DNA of 64,000 bases from Guillardia theta CCMP2712 (lineage: Eukaryota > Protista > Cryptophyta). Below the pieces are notes generated by a model. It was not told where the DNA came from, searched no databases, and worked only from the letters and a program-made list of their open reading frames with translations. The stretch covers positions 62,001-126,000 of the forward strand of contig NW_005434609.1 in assembly GCF_000315625.1 (NCBI RefSeq), given 5' to 3'. Numbering within the stretch: the stretch's first letter is position 1; every line of letters starts with the position of its first letter. Of the stretch, positions 51,342-61,277 are shown piece by piece. The translations under genes were made by a program, and so were the position numbers.

Positions 51342-54227
51342 TTAGCGGCAGGTGAAGTAATCGGAGTCAAACATCGCGAATGCGTTCTTGCCGTACTCCT
51401 TGAAGATGTACTCGGACCTCATCGAGATGGGATTCCTCTGGTTGGAGCAATAGCCCTGCTCTGTGGGATAGATCGCCACGTTCCAAGTTTTAGACGCCCA
51501 CAAGAGGTTCACGCTTGCCTGAAACTCGTACCGATGCCCCATCTTCATCTTCTGTCCTGATCGCTGACGGGAGCCGCATCTGAACCCTAGGTAAGCGTAT
51601 CCCTTCAAGAGGAAGTAAACCGACGCCCAGTAGGGTCCGACTGACAGCCCTGCCACGCCGGATATCAGCGGGTTGGGCCCGATCCGTCCGACAGAGCACG
51701 TGAGGTACTCCTGTAGCGTGACCGCTGAGTTGATGGACATGCCGGCGCTCAAGACAGGACAGAAGGCAGCGAGGGGGAGAGGAAGCCTCAGTGGAGGACA
51801 GCGGCAAGGGTTGATGCTGACGAAGATGCTTCCTGCTGCACGTATGCTGGGCCGATTAGAGCTCAGTCCTTTGATCTCGAGATCTATCTCCCCTCCGAAG
51901 CTGGGGCAGCCGAAGCCGATCTCCGGCTTGATGTACATGGCAACGTTGTCCCTGCATAACTCGAAGACAAACCCGAGACCGATCGATCCTGATCCGATGC
52001 TCTGGCTCGCGGATTGCTTGGCAGCGCTAATGCTGCTGAAGGTACCGTAGACCTGCGGCGAGTATCCCATGGAGGAGCAGAAGGACCTCAAAGAGACGTT
52101 CCCGCTCTTTGGATCAAGTGCCGGATCTCCGGCCATAGATCGCCGATGATCCTCCTTGACGAAGTTCCAAGAAATTTCTCTCTCGTCCTCGTCCCTGTCA
52201 TAGAGCAGCCTGCGGGAAACATTCGAACCGACGGAGAAGAAGGAGTCTCCGTCTGCCGTTGAGTTCGAGTTCATTCCTTGTCCCCAAGAAGGATCAGGGA
52301 GCATGATATCGGTCACTGACCCTTCCACCAGTCTCATCGGCGGGATGACATCCTTCGGATTGCACGCTTGCTGAATGACCTGCATGTCCAGCTGCTCCAG
52401 CGGAAACGGGTTGGATGCTTCTGATTCGATTGGTTGCAGGATCTCAAACCTCCAACGAAGGTTCCCACGGACGAACTGGTACAGCCGTTTCCTCTGGTAG
52501 TCTTCGTACACATGGAACACCTCGCTATCTCCGTCCTTGCTTGCCTGGATCTCGAAGTGCTTGCAGTAGACTCCGTTCACTGTCTGGAACCCTCTGAAGG
52601 TTACTTCAAAGTCGGATGCCGTCGCAGGGTTGACGAGCGCCCTCCTGTTGTTGACTGTTGCTGCTAGAGACCGATCTTCCGTGATCTCACAAAAGTATGA
52701 ATTTCCCTTGTAGACCTGGTAAGTCAGCTTGTGTGTCTCATTTTGAATCTTGATCAGCTGCTGCTCTGGCCATTGCGCCTTCGACTGAATCGTCTTAGCC
52801 CAGTGCCTGCCATTGAACATCAGACTGTACTGATCTTCTTCTAGCCTCAACCCCCTTCTGTTGGTATCTTCATTCGTCACCCAGTTCACTGTCGTCCCCG
52901 AACCACCTTCACACGAGTAGGTCGATGTCCCGTCCTCGTTCTCGCAGAACTCTACTTCAACAACATGTGCCGTGTACTGCATGGGAGGGAACGCCGGAAG
53001 CTGATCCGGCATGGCACCATCTGTATTGTTTTGTCTGATTGCAATCTTGATAACATTGAACATTCCAAGGATCTCCACCACTCCGAGAAGCCTCCGACCA
53101 TGAGAGTCTACCTTGAACCCGGCTCTTGTAAACGCTCCTTCCACCGATTCATGGAAGAAAATTGCTTCGCCATCGAGAGTTATTTCGCCTAAATGCGTAA
53201 AGATTACCACCACACTGCCGTGCCTGCTCCAGACCTCCTCGTACCGTGCCACAGCAAAGATTTGAAAGTGTATAAATGAATTTCCTTGTACTATCTTCAT
53301 AGCCTTCAGCTCGATGAGCTGGTCATCGCCGAGCAGCGAAGTCAGCTTCGCCGGGATTGTAGATTGAGCTGTCTGGATGGGGTTAGCCGTACACGTGCCA
53401 TTATTCGTACAGGATGTGTTAATTGACGTCCTTGATGTCAAAATGCCATCTTTGACCTCGAATTCCGTCGAGGCAACGCGGACAGGCTCGTTTGTTCCCT
53501 TCACCGTCATAACTCCCCCTGGATGCACTTCACTTTCCTTGGTGATTTCCACCACCGCATACGTCAGACCAAACACTGCCCCCAGAGTGAGAAGAGAGAG
53601 GATGCTAAGGATGATGAGGAAGTTGGAATACAGCCTTGACTTTGCTCTCTCGCTCTTCAGCGCGGCTACACCAGCGAGGATCTCGTTGGAGTCAAGGGCT
53701 CCGTCCCCATTGATGTCGATCATTTGGAGCTGCTGCTGCGCACTAGCAGGGAAGGCATCGAAGGGGATCTGCCCTCTTGTTTTCATTGTCAAGAATCTGC
53801 TGTAAGCCTCGAAAGCATCCGCAACCTCTTGCGCATTCACTACTCGATCTCCGTCTTTGATTTCATATGCCTCACCCGAAGCTCCTCTTTTCTCAATGGT
53901 TGCAGATGAGGTGGAGATGACTCTTTGTATCTCCACAGGCAACACTGATAGCGGAATTCTTCCTGCTTCTAGGTTCTGAAGGACGAGAGAAATCTCCTGG
54001 ATCTCTTGACCACTCAGCTTGCCATCGTTGTTGCTGTCAAATCGCTTCAGGGCCTGCGAAAGCTCTAGAGGCAGCGACGACAGGAGCAGTTCCTCTGTGC
54101 GGGAAGCAAGAGCTGTCTCCTTGTCAACTTCAAAAGCAGGGTTCATGTTGTTTCCGTCCTCGTCGGACATCGTCAGATCCGCTGCCCCCATATTCGGCTC
54201 AGGTACGATCGCCATACCACGCGGCAT
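51342..54227 (-). CDS. EF-hand type II membrane protein with large Cys-containing ectodomain; intronless
   Basis: 961-aa ORF; EF loops DSNNDGKLSGQE and DINGDGALDSNE; TM FLIILSILSLLTLGAVFGLTYAVV; dibasic RRLL/RRAL motifs; N-glycosylation sequons. Confidence 0.8.
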   Translation of the reverse strand: MPRGMAIVPEPNMGAADLTMSDEDGNNMNPAFEVDKETALASRTEELLLSSLPLELSQALKRFDSNNDGKLSGQEIQEISLVLQNLEAGRIPLSVLPVEIQRVISTSSATIEKRGASGEAYEIKDGDRVVNAQEVADAFEAYSRFLTMKTRGQIPFDAFPASAQQQLQMIDINGDGALDSNEILAGVAALKSERAKSRLYSNFLIILSILSLLTLGAVFGLTYAVVEITKESEVHPGGVMTVKGTNEPVRVASTEFEVKDGILTSRTSINTSCTNNGTCTANPIQTAQSTIPAKLTSLLGDDQLIELKAMKIVQGNSFIHFQIFAVARYEEVWSRHGSVVVIFTHLGEITLDGEAIFFHESVEGAFTRAGFKVDSHGRRLLGVVEILGMFNVIKIAIRQNNTDGAMPDQLPAFPPMQYTAHVVEVEFCENEDGTSTYSCEGGSGTTVNWVTNEDTNRRGLRLEEDQYSLMFNGRHWAKTIQSKAQWPEQQLIKIQNETHKLTYQVYKGNSYFCEITEDRSLAATVNNRRALVNPATASDFEVTFRGFQTVNGVYCKHFEIQASKDGDSEVFHVYEDYQRKRLYQFVRGNLRWRFEILQPIESEASNPFPLEQLDMQVIQQACNPKDVIPPMRLVEGSVTDIMLPDPSWGQGMNSNSTADGDSFFSVGSNVSRRLLYDRDEDEREISWNFVKEDHRRSMAGDPALDPKSGNVSLRSFCSSMGYSPQVYGTFSSISAAKQSASQSIGSGSIGLGFVFELCRDNVAMYIKPEIGFGCPSFGGEIDLEIKGLSSNRPSIRAAGSIFVSINPCRCPPLRLPLPLAAFCPVLSAGMSINSAVTLQEYLTCSVGRIGPNPLISGVAGLSVGPYWASVYFLLKGYAYLGFRCGSRQRSGQKMKMGHRYEFQASVNLLWASKTWNVAIYPTEQGYCSNQRNPISMRSEYIFKEYGKNAFAMFDSDYFTCR

Positions 54228-54628
54228 TGTCCAAGCTTGACAGTTCCGAGTTGCCGGGTGTTGTCAATGTATCGGGGTGACAGGGGGTGGGTGGTGAAGG
54301 GAACTTCAGCAACCCCCCACTCGTGGCCTTGTACTAAGGAATGAGCATAAGGGGGTGGGGTCCAAGGCGAGACCGCCACAGGCTACAACAGCCATAGGGT
54401 CCGGGGTCCGGGAGATCGGACCAGGGGAATATTATTACAATCTCACGGGGAGATACCATTCAATAGATTTTAAAGCATATTCCCCTCTGTCACAACGGGT
54501 CAACACAACCAAATTTCATCTAGAGAGGGTGGGTACTTTCGGAGGCTGGCACAAAAATCAGCCGCTCATTCCGAGTCGGAGGCTGGTTTTGAGCCTGGGA
54601 GCTTGTCACATTCCTTTTTGACACGGCC

Positions 54629-54716
54629 TTTACTCTAGGCTAAGTTAAGTTAAAAATCTTTACTCTAAGTTAAGTTAAACTTGATCAGAACGAGGACACT
54701 GCCAGGAGAGTCGAGG
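54629..54716 (-). mobile_element. Two adjacent degenerate 3'-terminal fragments
   Basis: TTTACTCT..AAGTTAAGTTAAAAATC followed by TTTACTCTAAGTTAAGTTAAA..CGAGGACA..CAGGAGAGTCGAGG. Confidence 0.65.
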
Positions 54717-54938
54717 TTAAAAATACCGTAGCCCGGGCAGCCACCGTCTGAGCAGGATCCGATGATCCGATGCATGATGGCGCAGCCGGCCCCCGGCCCG
54801 GCGGGCGGACCCGGGGTTCCGACTCAGTCGTTCAAACAGCGGCACGCCGCCGCGTTCAACTGAGTTGCCAGTTCAAGTCAGTTGGTTCACCGTGGCGCGG
54901 CCGCGCCAGTGCGGCTGAGTCACCGTACGGTCACGAAC

Positions 54939-57936
54939 TTTACTCAAAGTTAAGTTAAAAATCAGTACGAGGACAATCAGGAGAGTCGAGGAGGCTTGAC
55001 CCTGACACTGTCGCACAGGCCAAACGGCGAGAAGAGAAAAGACAGCGAGAACCAAACCTAAACCTGCCGACTGCTGTCCCCCAAACTTAACTGATACCTT
55101 CACTTAACGGCGCGCAGGACAAGTCCCCCGCGCGGCCATGCCAGCGATGTCGCGGTGGCCGCCGCCGAAGGAATGAGACGCATACCGGGATGCACCCGCG
55201 ATGATGGCAGCGTAGGACAGGGAGGCCTTGAGCTGACGGAAGATCCTGGACCGAATGCGTTTGCAAGTCGGATCACCTGAAACATCTTGCGAGGCCGAGA
55301 GACCATCCAGCGCTGCCGTTTCCTTGTTCGCCGAGCGATCCGCCAGCCACCACAGAAAGCGCAACGCATCGTCCTGCAAGAGGCCATCAGTGCTGGCGAT
55401 GATGGGAAGAAAGGCCTTTGGCGGGACGTGCTGAGCATATGCATTACGATGCCCTCGGATCTTCCGCTGTGCTGCCGCTTGCAGTTTGCTCCGAGCGAGG
55501 TCCGGTATTCCATCATTGTCAAAAACATGTGACATGCTGAACTCCAGGATTAACCCATGCCATCCGCCGCCAGTAGCCATCAGTTGTGGAAGTTCAAAGT
55601 CCCCTACATGATGATCTTCAGGGCCATGCTGGGAAACGTTTTGCCTGGTGCCGGGTACGCCTTGCACGTGGACGCGGCATCTCACTCCGGAATCTTTGAT
55701 GAGGGTACTGAGGACGGCATTGCACTTCTCATGCGCATCAGTCCATAACTGGCTGCGGTGCCTGCAGGTTGCCATGTGTGTGGTCCCCCCAGGATGACGG
55801 AGAAGATGATGGCATCGATCGCAGTGCGGCGGGAGGTCAACCGGCAATCCATGAAGAAACTTGTCAGCGGCAGCCACCAAGCTGATGGGCTGCTGCTCAA
55901 AGATCCCAAGGTTTGTACTTTCCATAGTCGAGTGCCAAATCGTGCGCTGAGGGGTAAACTGAGACAGAAGTTCATCAACCGGGTGGCCTGGTACTCGAAG
56001 GGGAGTAGAGAAGCTGGAGTGGTGTGCCAACAAAGATCTCTGGCGCTCTGAAAGGTGAGCCCGAATACTGCGGAACCGAGGAAACTCCGAGAGGAACTGA
56101 GCCGTGAGCTCCCGCTGGGCGGGGATGAAAAGCGCACTGCCCGACGTCCCAAATAATTCAGGCGAGGGGATCCAGCCATTGTCGCACGCCTGAGGAAGCT
56201 CCGCCAAGGAGGTGTACGCCGAGATGCCCTGCTCCATCAAGTGCCTGTGAGTGTCCAAGAAGGCAGCAAGCATGGGGACAACATCCCCAGCGTCCGCTTG
56301 CTGCGGTTGGCGGATTCGAAGCTCAGTGTCAGAATTGATCCGGTGGAAGAGTGGCGGTGTAGGGAAAGTCCAATGCTGGAAGATGGCAATTTCACCCGCC
56401 CATTTGAGAAACTTGGCAGTCGCCGACCAGAATGCGGTGTAGGCCACGCCCTCCTGCGGGGTGAACCCATCTCCTCCAGCACTATAAGGCAACTGACGTT
56501 TGAAGTAGGCGAACTGAAGGTCAGATGGAGGGGTGCCAGGGGCAGGTTGCAGGACAGATGAACCCTCCTGTGCCTGGTTCTGTGGCCACTGAAACACCTT
56601 CGCCAGGAGACGGAGATTCGCGACGTCAAAGCACTTGCACTGGGCAGCGGTCAAGGCCGGGGAGATTCCACGCAAGAAATATTGGAGGGTGGGAACGTGG
56701 GTCGTTTTCAAGAGATGCTTGAGACCCAACGCAATGGGAAATTGTTCCAACTGGGTCAATTCAGCATTGAGGGCATTCACCTTGGCAGTGATAAACTCTT
56801 GCTGGAAGGACTGAGATCCTATCGGGATACCTCCCAGGATGATCCCCTGGCCGCGGAAGGCAAACTGCTGCAAGCCCGGGTACCTACTGCAAATATGCTC
56901 TTGGATGGCTTGTTGCTGACTAGATTGAAGTTCACACCAGGACGAGGAGAATATCTGCGAATCCCTGGGTTGAATCTCCAATCCTAGCTCTTGTTTTAAA
57001 GTATCAACCAGCGATGCAGTGGCCTGTGCGGCAACTGAGAGCTTTCCAATAACAGCCATGTTATCCGCATAGGCCGGGAAGACACAGTCGGGAAAGGTCT
57101 CTGCGACTTTGACCAGGGAAGGGAAGGTGGTGTGCGCAAAGAGAGCCATCGCCAAGGGGTCCCCCTGAGAAACTCCCGTGGTGGCCGGAAAAGCCCGAGT
57201 CTCGCGCTGATGTTTCAGAAATAACTTACCTTCCTGGCCATAATATTGATGAACATACGGAAGGACTCCTTGGGAAAAGTTCTCACAACGATGCTCGGGA
57301 GCAAGGAGGATGTCAAATAGCCGTTGGCGAGCCTGATCTCATTGAAGGCATTTCTTGCGTCGATCATGATGATTACCGTGGGATCAAAATTATCAGACTC
57401 ACCTTCGCCCTGGTCTGTGAATGGGTTGGCAAAAGAATGGGGTCCTAACAGGCATTCGATGGTCTTGCAGAATTTGAGGCAACCTTCCTCCAGACCCACG
57501 CAAAATTGCAGGACCCGAGAGTGACTGAGGGTGAAGTGGCTCTCCAAAGATTTTCGGTAGAAACGACAGAAGATGCTAGACACAATCCTTCGCTCCAGGT
57601 CCCCTATCACAATAGGTCGGATTCCGCCCTTTTCCACTGACTTGGCAGCAGGAATGAATCGCCCCCCTCTGGTGTATTCCTCGAGGAAAGCGCCCGAAGG
57701 GATTCCCAGCGCGATCGGCTTCAATATGAGGTTAATGTATCGCTGTTTGTGATCATCATGCAGTCTGAGAATGTGTCGCAGGTGCTGGAATGGTCGCCAA
57801 CCAAATTGATCAGGGGATCAGGGGCCGAGGAAGCAGTGAATCGCCGCAGGAATTTCCCTACCTCTCGCTGATCTAAAATCTTGTCAAGCAATGAGGCCGG
57901 TTCATCGGCGATGGCATCGTCGAGCTGAGCACTTAG
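54939..57936 (-). mobile_element. CRE/SLACS-like non-LTR retrotransposon (RT + CCHC + restriction-like endonuclease), 5'-truncated with two frameshifts
   Basis: RT motifs GGIRPIVIG, LQFCVG, IDARNAFNE, GVSQGDPL, YADN; knuckle CDRC..H..TC; RLE-like GDF..LEFSMSH..K..FLPI; 3'UTR ends ...AACTTAACTTTGAGTAAA; CACGAAC flanks both ends (54932-54938, 57937-57943). Confidence 0.88.
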
Positions 57937-58069
57937 CACGAACGGTCACGTAGTAGCCTGAGTCACGTGACTAGTAGAGCCCGGACCCCGGCCCCGGGCC
58001 CGGCCCGGCGGGCAGTCCGGTCCCGCTGGGCCAGGCCTGCGGCCGGACCCGGCGTCCGGGCCAGTGAAC

Positions 58070-58154
58070 TTGATTGGAAAATGATTACTGCAAACTTTCG
58101 TTGATTGGAAAATGATTACTCCAAAAATTTGTTGATTGGAAATTGATGATTGCC
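58070..58154. repeat. 31-bp tandem repeat (~2.7 copies), each with a CCAAT/ATTGG box
   Basis: TTGATTGGAAAATGATTACT... repeated at 58070, 58101 and 58132. Confidence 0.85.
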
Positions 58155-58508
58155 CACTAAACTTGGGCCACAGGGCCGGGCCGGGGGGGGGCGCCGGCCT
58201 TTAAAACCGAACTCGGAAGCCAAGCCTTTGACTCTCATTTCAGCCATGAAGGTTGTCACGGGCTTGAGCTTTGAGCCTGAGCCGGCTGAGACAGTCGGAG
58301 GCCTGAAGTTGGCGCGTCACGTGACGCGTATATATATATTTATATACAAATAAATAAACATAAAACTACTGCATAGAGGTCATCTTTTTTATTTCAGGTA
58401 ATTTTATGGGCTGCAACTGATAGTCCCCTAAATGGGGGATAGCAGTGTTCGCTTCTCGCCGTGTGGCCAGTGAGGGAGTAAAGAAGCCTCGGACTCCGCT
58501 GCTCGGTC

Positions 58509-58549
58509 TTTACTCAAAGTTAAGTTAAAAATCAGTACGAAGACAATCA
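58509..58549 (-). mobile_element. Short 3'-terminal fragment of the retrotransposon
   Basis: TTTACTCAAAGTTAAGTTAAAAATCAGTACGAaGACAATCA, one mismatch. Confidence 0.85.
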
Positions 58550-59274
58550 CGCTGGTAGTCCTACTATGCTTTTAATTGAAAGCGTAAAAAAAAAAAGGCC
58601 CGAGCCGGAGTCGGAATCTGTATGACCCGATGACTACAATTTTTTAGTCTGAATTATAAATGCTCCCCTAGGCCCCCGGTGCTAGAAGATGCCTTAGGGG
58701 GCATAGTCGGGATCTCCGATTATAAGTCTTTATAATTGTTGTTTTACTGGGTGGGGTTTTTGCCAGGGTGGGGTACTTGCGGCATTCGTACCAGGATATG
58801 CAACGATGGGGAAAGAAGGGCAGCACATGTAGTTGGACGTCCCATGTCGATCTAGTTGCCTCCTCCTGTCTCTGTTTCCTTCGTCCTCATCGCTTCAGAC
58901 TGATCAAACCTGTAGAGGGGACTCATCTGTCAACCAGAATTCCAACGCACCGCCCCTTCCCCCCACCTGTAGTGTCTCTTGATGTTTTGAAAGCCACTCC
59001 CTGAGATTCTCAGACGGAAAAACCACTTGAACTTGCTCTTGGCGCATCCATTCAATCTTGTTCTTATGTTTTCTGACTTCTGGGTCGTAACAGGCAACTT
59101 CACATTCTGAATCAGAACTCTTTGATCACCAGTCCCTTCAAAATATCCCTTTGACACATCATGTCAATGCTGGTTGGATCAAAACGTCATATGACTGGTA
59201 TGAGCTGATACATTTTCACTCTCATTGTTCGATGTGTGATGTTTTCTCTAGATTACGACGAGTGGTGTCAGCAG

Positions 59275-60555
59275 ATGGCGGAAAATCTCTCGTGTGTGAA
59301 CCGCTATGCGGCACAAAATCTTGTCACGGATTTCAGCGCAGCGTCAGAAGCTGTGGCCTTACCTATAGTGAAAGCGGAAGGTGCCAGGAGCGATAATGCG
59401 CCTCGCAGCAAAAGATCAAAGTACATCGCCAAGTCGTGTGCGGAATGCAAGTTGAAGAAGCGCAAGTGCAGCGAAGCTCGGCCTTGCGTGATGTGTATCA
59501 TGTCAGGAACGAGCGACAAGTGTCTGACAGAGGCTCGCACTGTCAGCTTGTCCACAAGCATTTGTGATCATCGAGAAGCTTACTTTCAAGACGTCCGTGC
59601 GCAAGAAGCTTCGCTCAACGTGTTGAAGGAAACTTGTGCCTTCAGCGGTGTGAACATCACGCTTGTACGCCCTCTGTGGGAGCTCGGCTTCGACGTCTCA
59701 ATGCTCTTCAAGGCGTTCAAGATCCTTCCCCTGGACCTCAAAGTCGCGGTGGACGAATTGGTTGATCTAATTCGACAGGGTTTGAGCAAGAGCTCCTTGC
59801 GCAACCCTGAATATCTGTCGATTCTGCAGCATCAGAATGAACTGGGACGGTTGAGCAAGTTTCAACATTGTCAGAATGCAAAGAGGTTGGGAAATCAGAT
59901 GGATGAAGAGGATGAAGGCGAGGTACATTTTGATCGCATCGCATGCAACGAACGATGGGGGCATGGGCGATGGTTGTCAGTTGAGTTTGACTCAAGATTG
60001 ATATGCAAGAGAATAAGGATCGGGGATGAGATGTCAAACCTGTTGGGCTGTCATCATACAGAGATCTTGTCTCGCTTCTTTTGTCATGACCTGGTCAAGT
60101 CGATGAGCGAGTATGAACTCTTAGTTGCCTGGACGTCTTCAATCATGTGCTCCTTCGATTCGCAGTCAATATTTTACATCAAGATAATGCGAGGAAGCGT
60201 GCAGGATGGCGACAGGCGTGTGCAGCACCTCAAGTGCTGTTTTCACAAGAACTTCAATGGCGATGGCATACAGATCGGCTACACTATACTCTTCGAACCA
60301 GTCTCATCCGAGATCTACCAGCAGCAAAAGAACAGATTCCTCCCGCCGTCGTATCAGAAGCCGCAACCAGATCGTGACATAGACAAAGAGATCACCAAAG
60401 AGTCGATCGTTTTCATGAGGAAGTTGCGAGTTGTGAGCGAGGACAGGCTTTCGCACCTGGCGGGATTGATCAAGCGCTGGGTGGGGGAGGTGAAAGCTTG
60501 TCATCCGCTGTTTGCGAATAATTCAGAAGCGGAGATTGAGATGATGAGGTCCTAA
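59275..60555 (+). CDS. Zn(II)2Cys6 binuclear-cluster transcription factor
   Basis: SCAECKLKKRKCSEARPCVMCIMSGTSDKC; one long ORF; a possible upstream exon via the acceptor at ~59251. Confidence 0.85.
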   Translation: MAENLSCVNRYAAQNLVTDFSAASEAVALPIVKAEGARSDNAPRSKRSKYIAKSCAECKLKKRKCSEARPCVMCIMSGTSDKCLTEARTVSLSTSICDHREAYFQDVRAQEASLNVLKETCAFSGVNITLVRPLWELGFDVSMLFKAFKILPLDLKVAVDELVDLIRQGLSKSSLRNPEYLSILQHQNELGRLSKFQHCQNAKRLGNQMDEEDEGEVHFDRIACNERWGHGRWLSVEFDSRLICKRIRIGDEMSNLLGCHHTEILSRFFCHDLVKSMSEYELLVAWTSSIMCSFDSQSIFYIKIMRGSVQDGDRRVQHLKCCFHKNFNGDGIQIGYTILFEPVSSEIYQQQKNRFLPPSYQKPQPDRDIDKEITKESIVFMRKLRVVSEDRLSHLAGLIKRWVGEVKACHPLFANNSEAEIEMMRS

Positions 60556-60687
60556 TTGATAAGAATGAAATGCAATGAAACTAATAGCGCCTTACTGATA
60601 CTCAAGTCCCGGATCACTGAGTCAAGTTGCCGGATCACGAATGATGCTTATGGTTGGTTCTCTCTGTCCGAGTTTTCCGAGTACGAG

Positions 60688-60849
60688 TCTCTTCTCGCCG
60701 TATGGCCTGTATGACACTGTCAGGAAGTTTGAGTAAATGTCAGATTCACCAGGTTCACTGAAGCCTCCTCACCTCAGTCTCCTGCCACCGGCGATTGTCC
60801 TCCGGCGTTGCCGGGTACTACGGCCCACTGCTACAAGGCTATGAGTAAA
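60688..60849 (+). mobile_element. Highly degenerate 3'-terminal copy with multiple insertions
   Basis: TCTCTTCTCGCCGTATGGCCTGT..GACACTGTCAGG..AAGCCTCCTC..CTCCTG..GATTGTCCTC..GTACT..TGAGTAAA in consensus order. Confidence 0.6.
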
Positions 60850-60965
60850 GAACAGGCTTGTGACAAGGCTATGATAGTATCGGAGCGCGGCCACACCGAC
60901 CGTAGCCGCGGCGGCGTGACGGACTGACCGTGACACTGAGCGACGGCTAGCACTCCGAGTCGTAG

Positions 60966-61009
60966 TTTACTCAAAGTTAAGTTAAAAATCAGTACGAGGA
61001 CAATCAGGA
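60966..61009 (-). mobile_element. Short 3'-terminal fragment of the retrotransposon
   Basis: TTTACTCAAAGTTAAGTTAAAAATCAGTACGAGGACAATCAGGA, exact match. Confidence 0.85.
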
Positions 61010-61166
61010 ATCAGGCTGAGCCGTTCTTAGCTGCCCTGTACCCGTCGGATGCCCAGGGGAAGATATGGTAGATGAAGGGGTAGGGTCCGGTGGTTGAAGT
61101 TGCGGTACGCTTTTGACTTCTTTGCTCAAAAATAAGTCAAAAATCGGACAATACGGACCCAGTTCC

Positions 61167-61198
61167 TTTACTCAAAGTTAACTTAAAAATCAGTACGA
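61167..61198 (-). mobile_element. Short 3'-terminal fragment of the retrotransposon
   Basis: TTTACTCAAAGTTAAcTTAAAAATCAGTACGA, one mismatch. Confidence 0.8.
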
Positions 61199-61277
61199 CA
61201 CCTTGACTAAGTGGTACCTTTGACCACCCCCCATTTCATCTCCCAGCAGTCACTGCACTGCCAGCTACAAGCTGCTC

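Noticed and set aside
55005-55036. Resemblance of the retro tail (CTTCTCGCCGTTTGGC...AGTGTCAG) to the U2 snRNA 5' end
   Set aside because: Only a short gapped match; no GTAGTA branch-pairing motif or downstream U2 sequence. An Infernal search with the U2 model would settle it.
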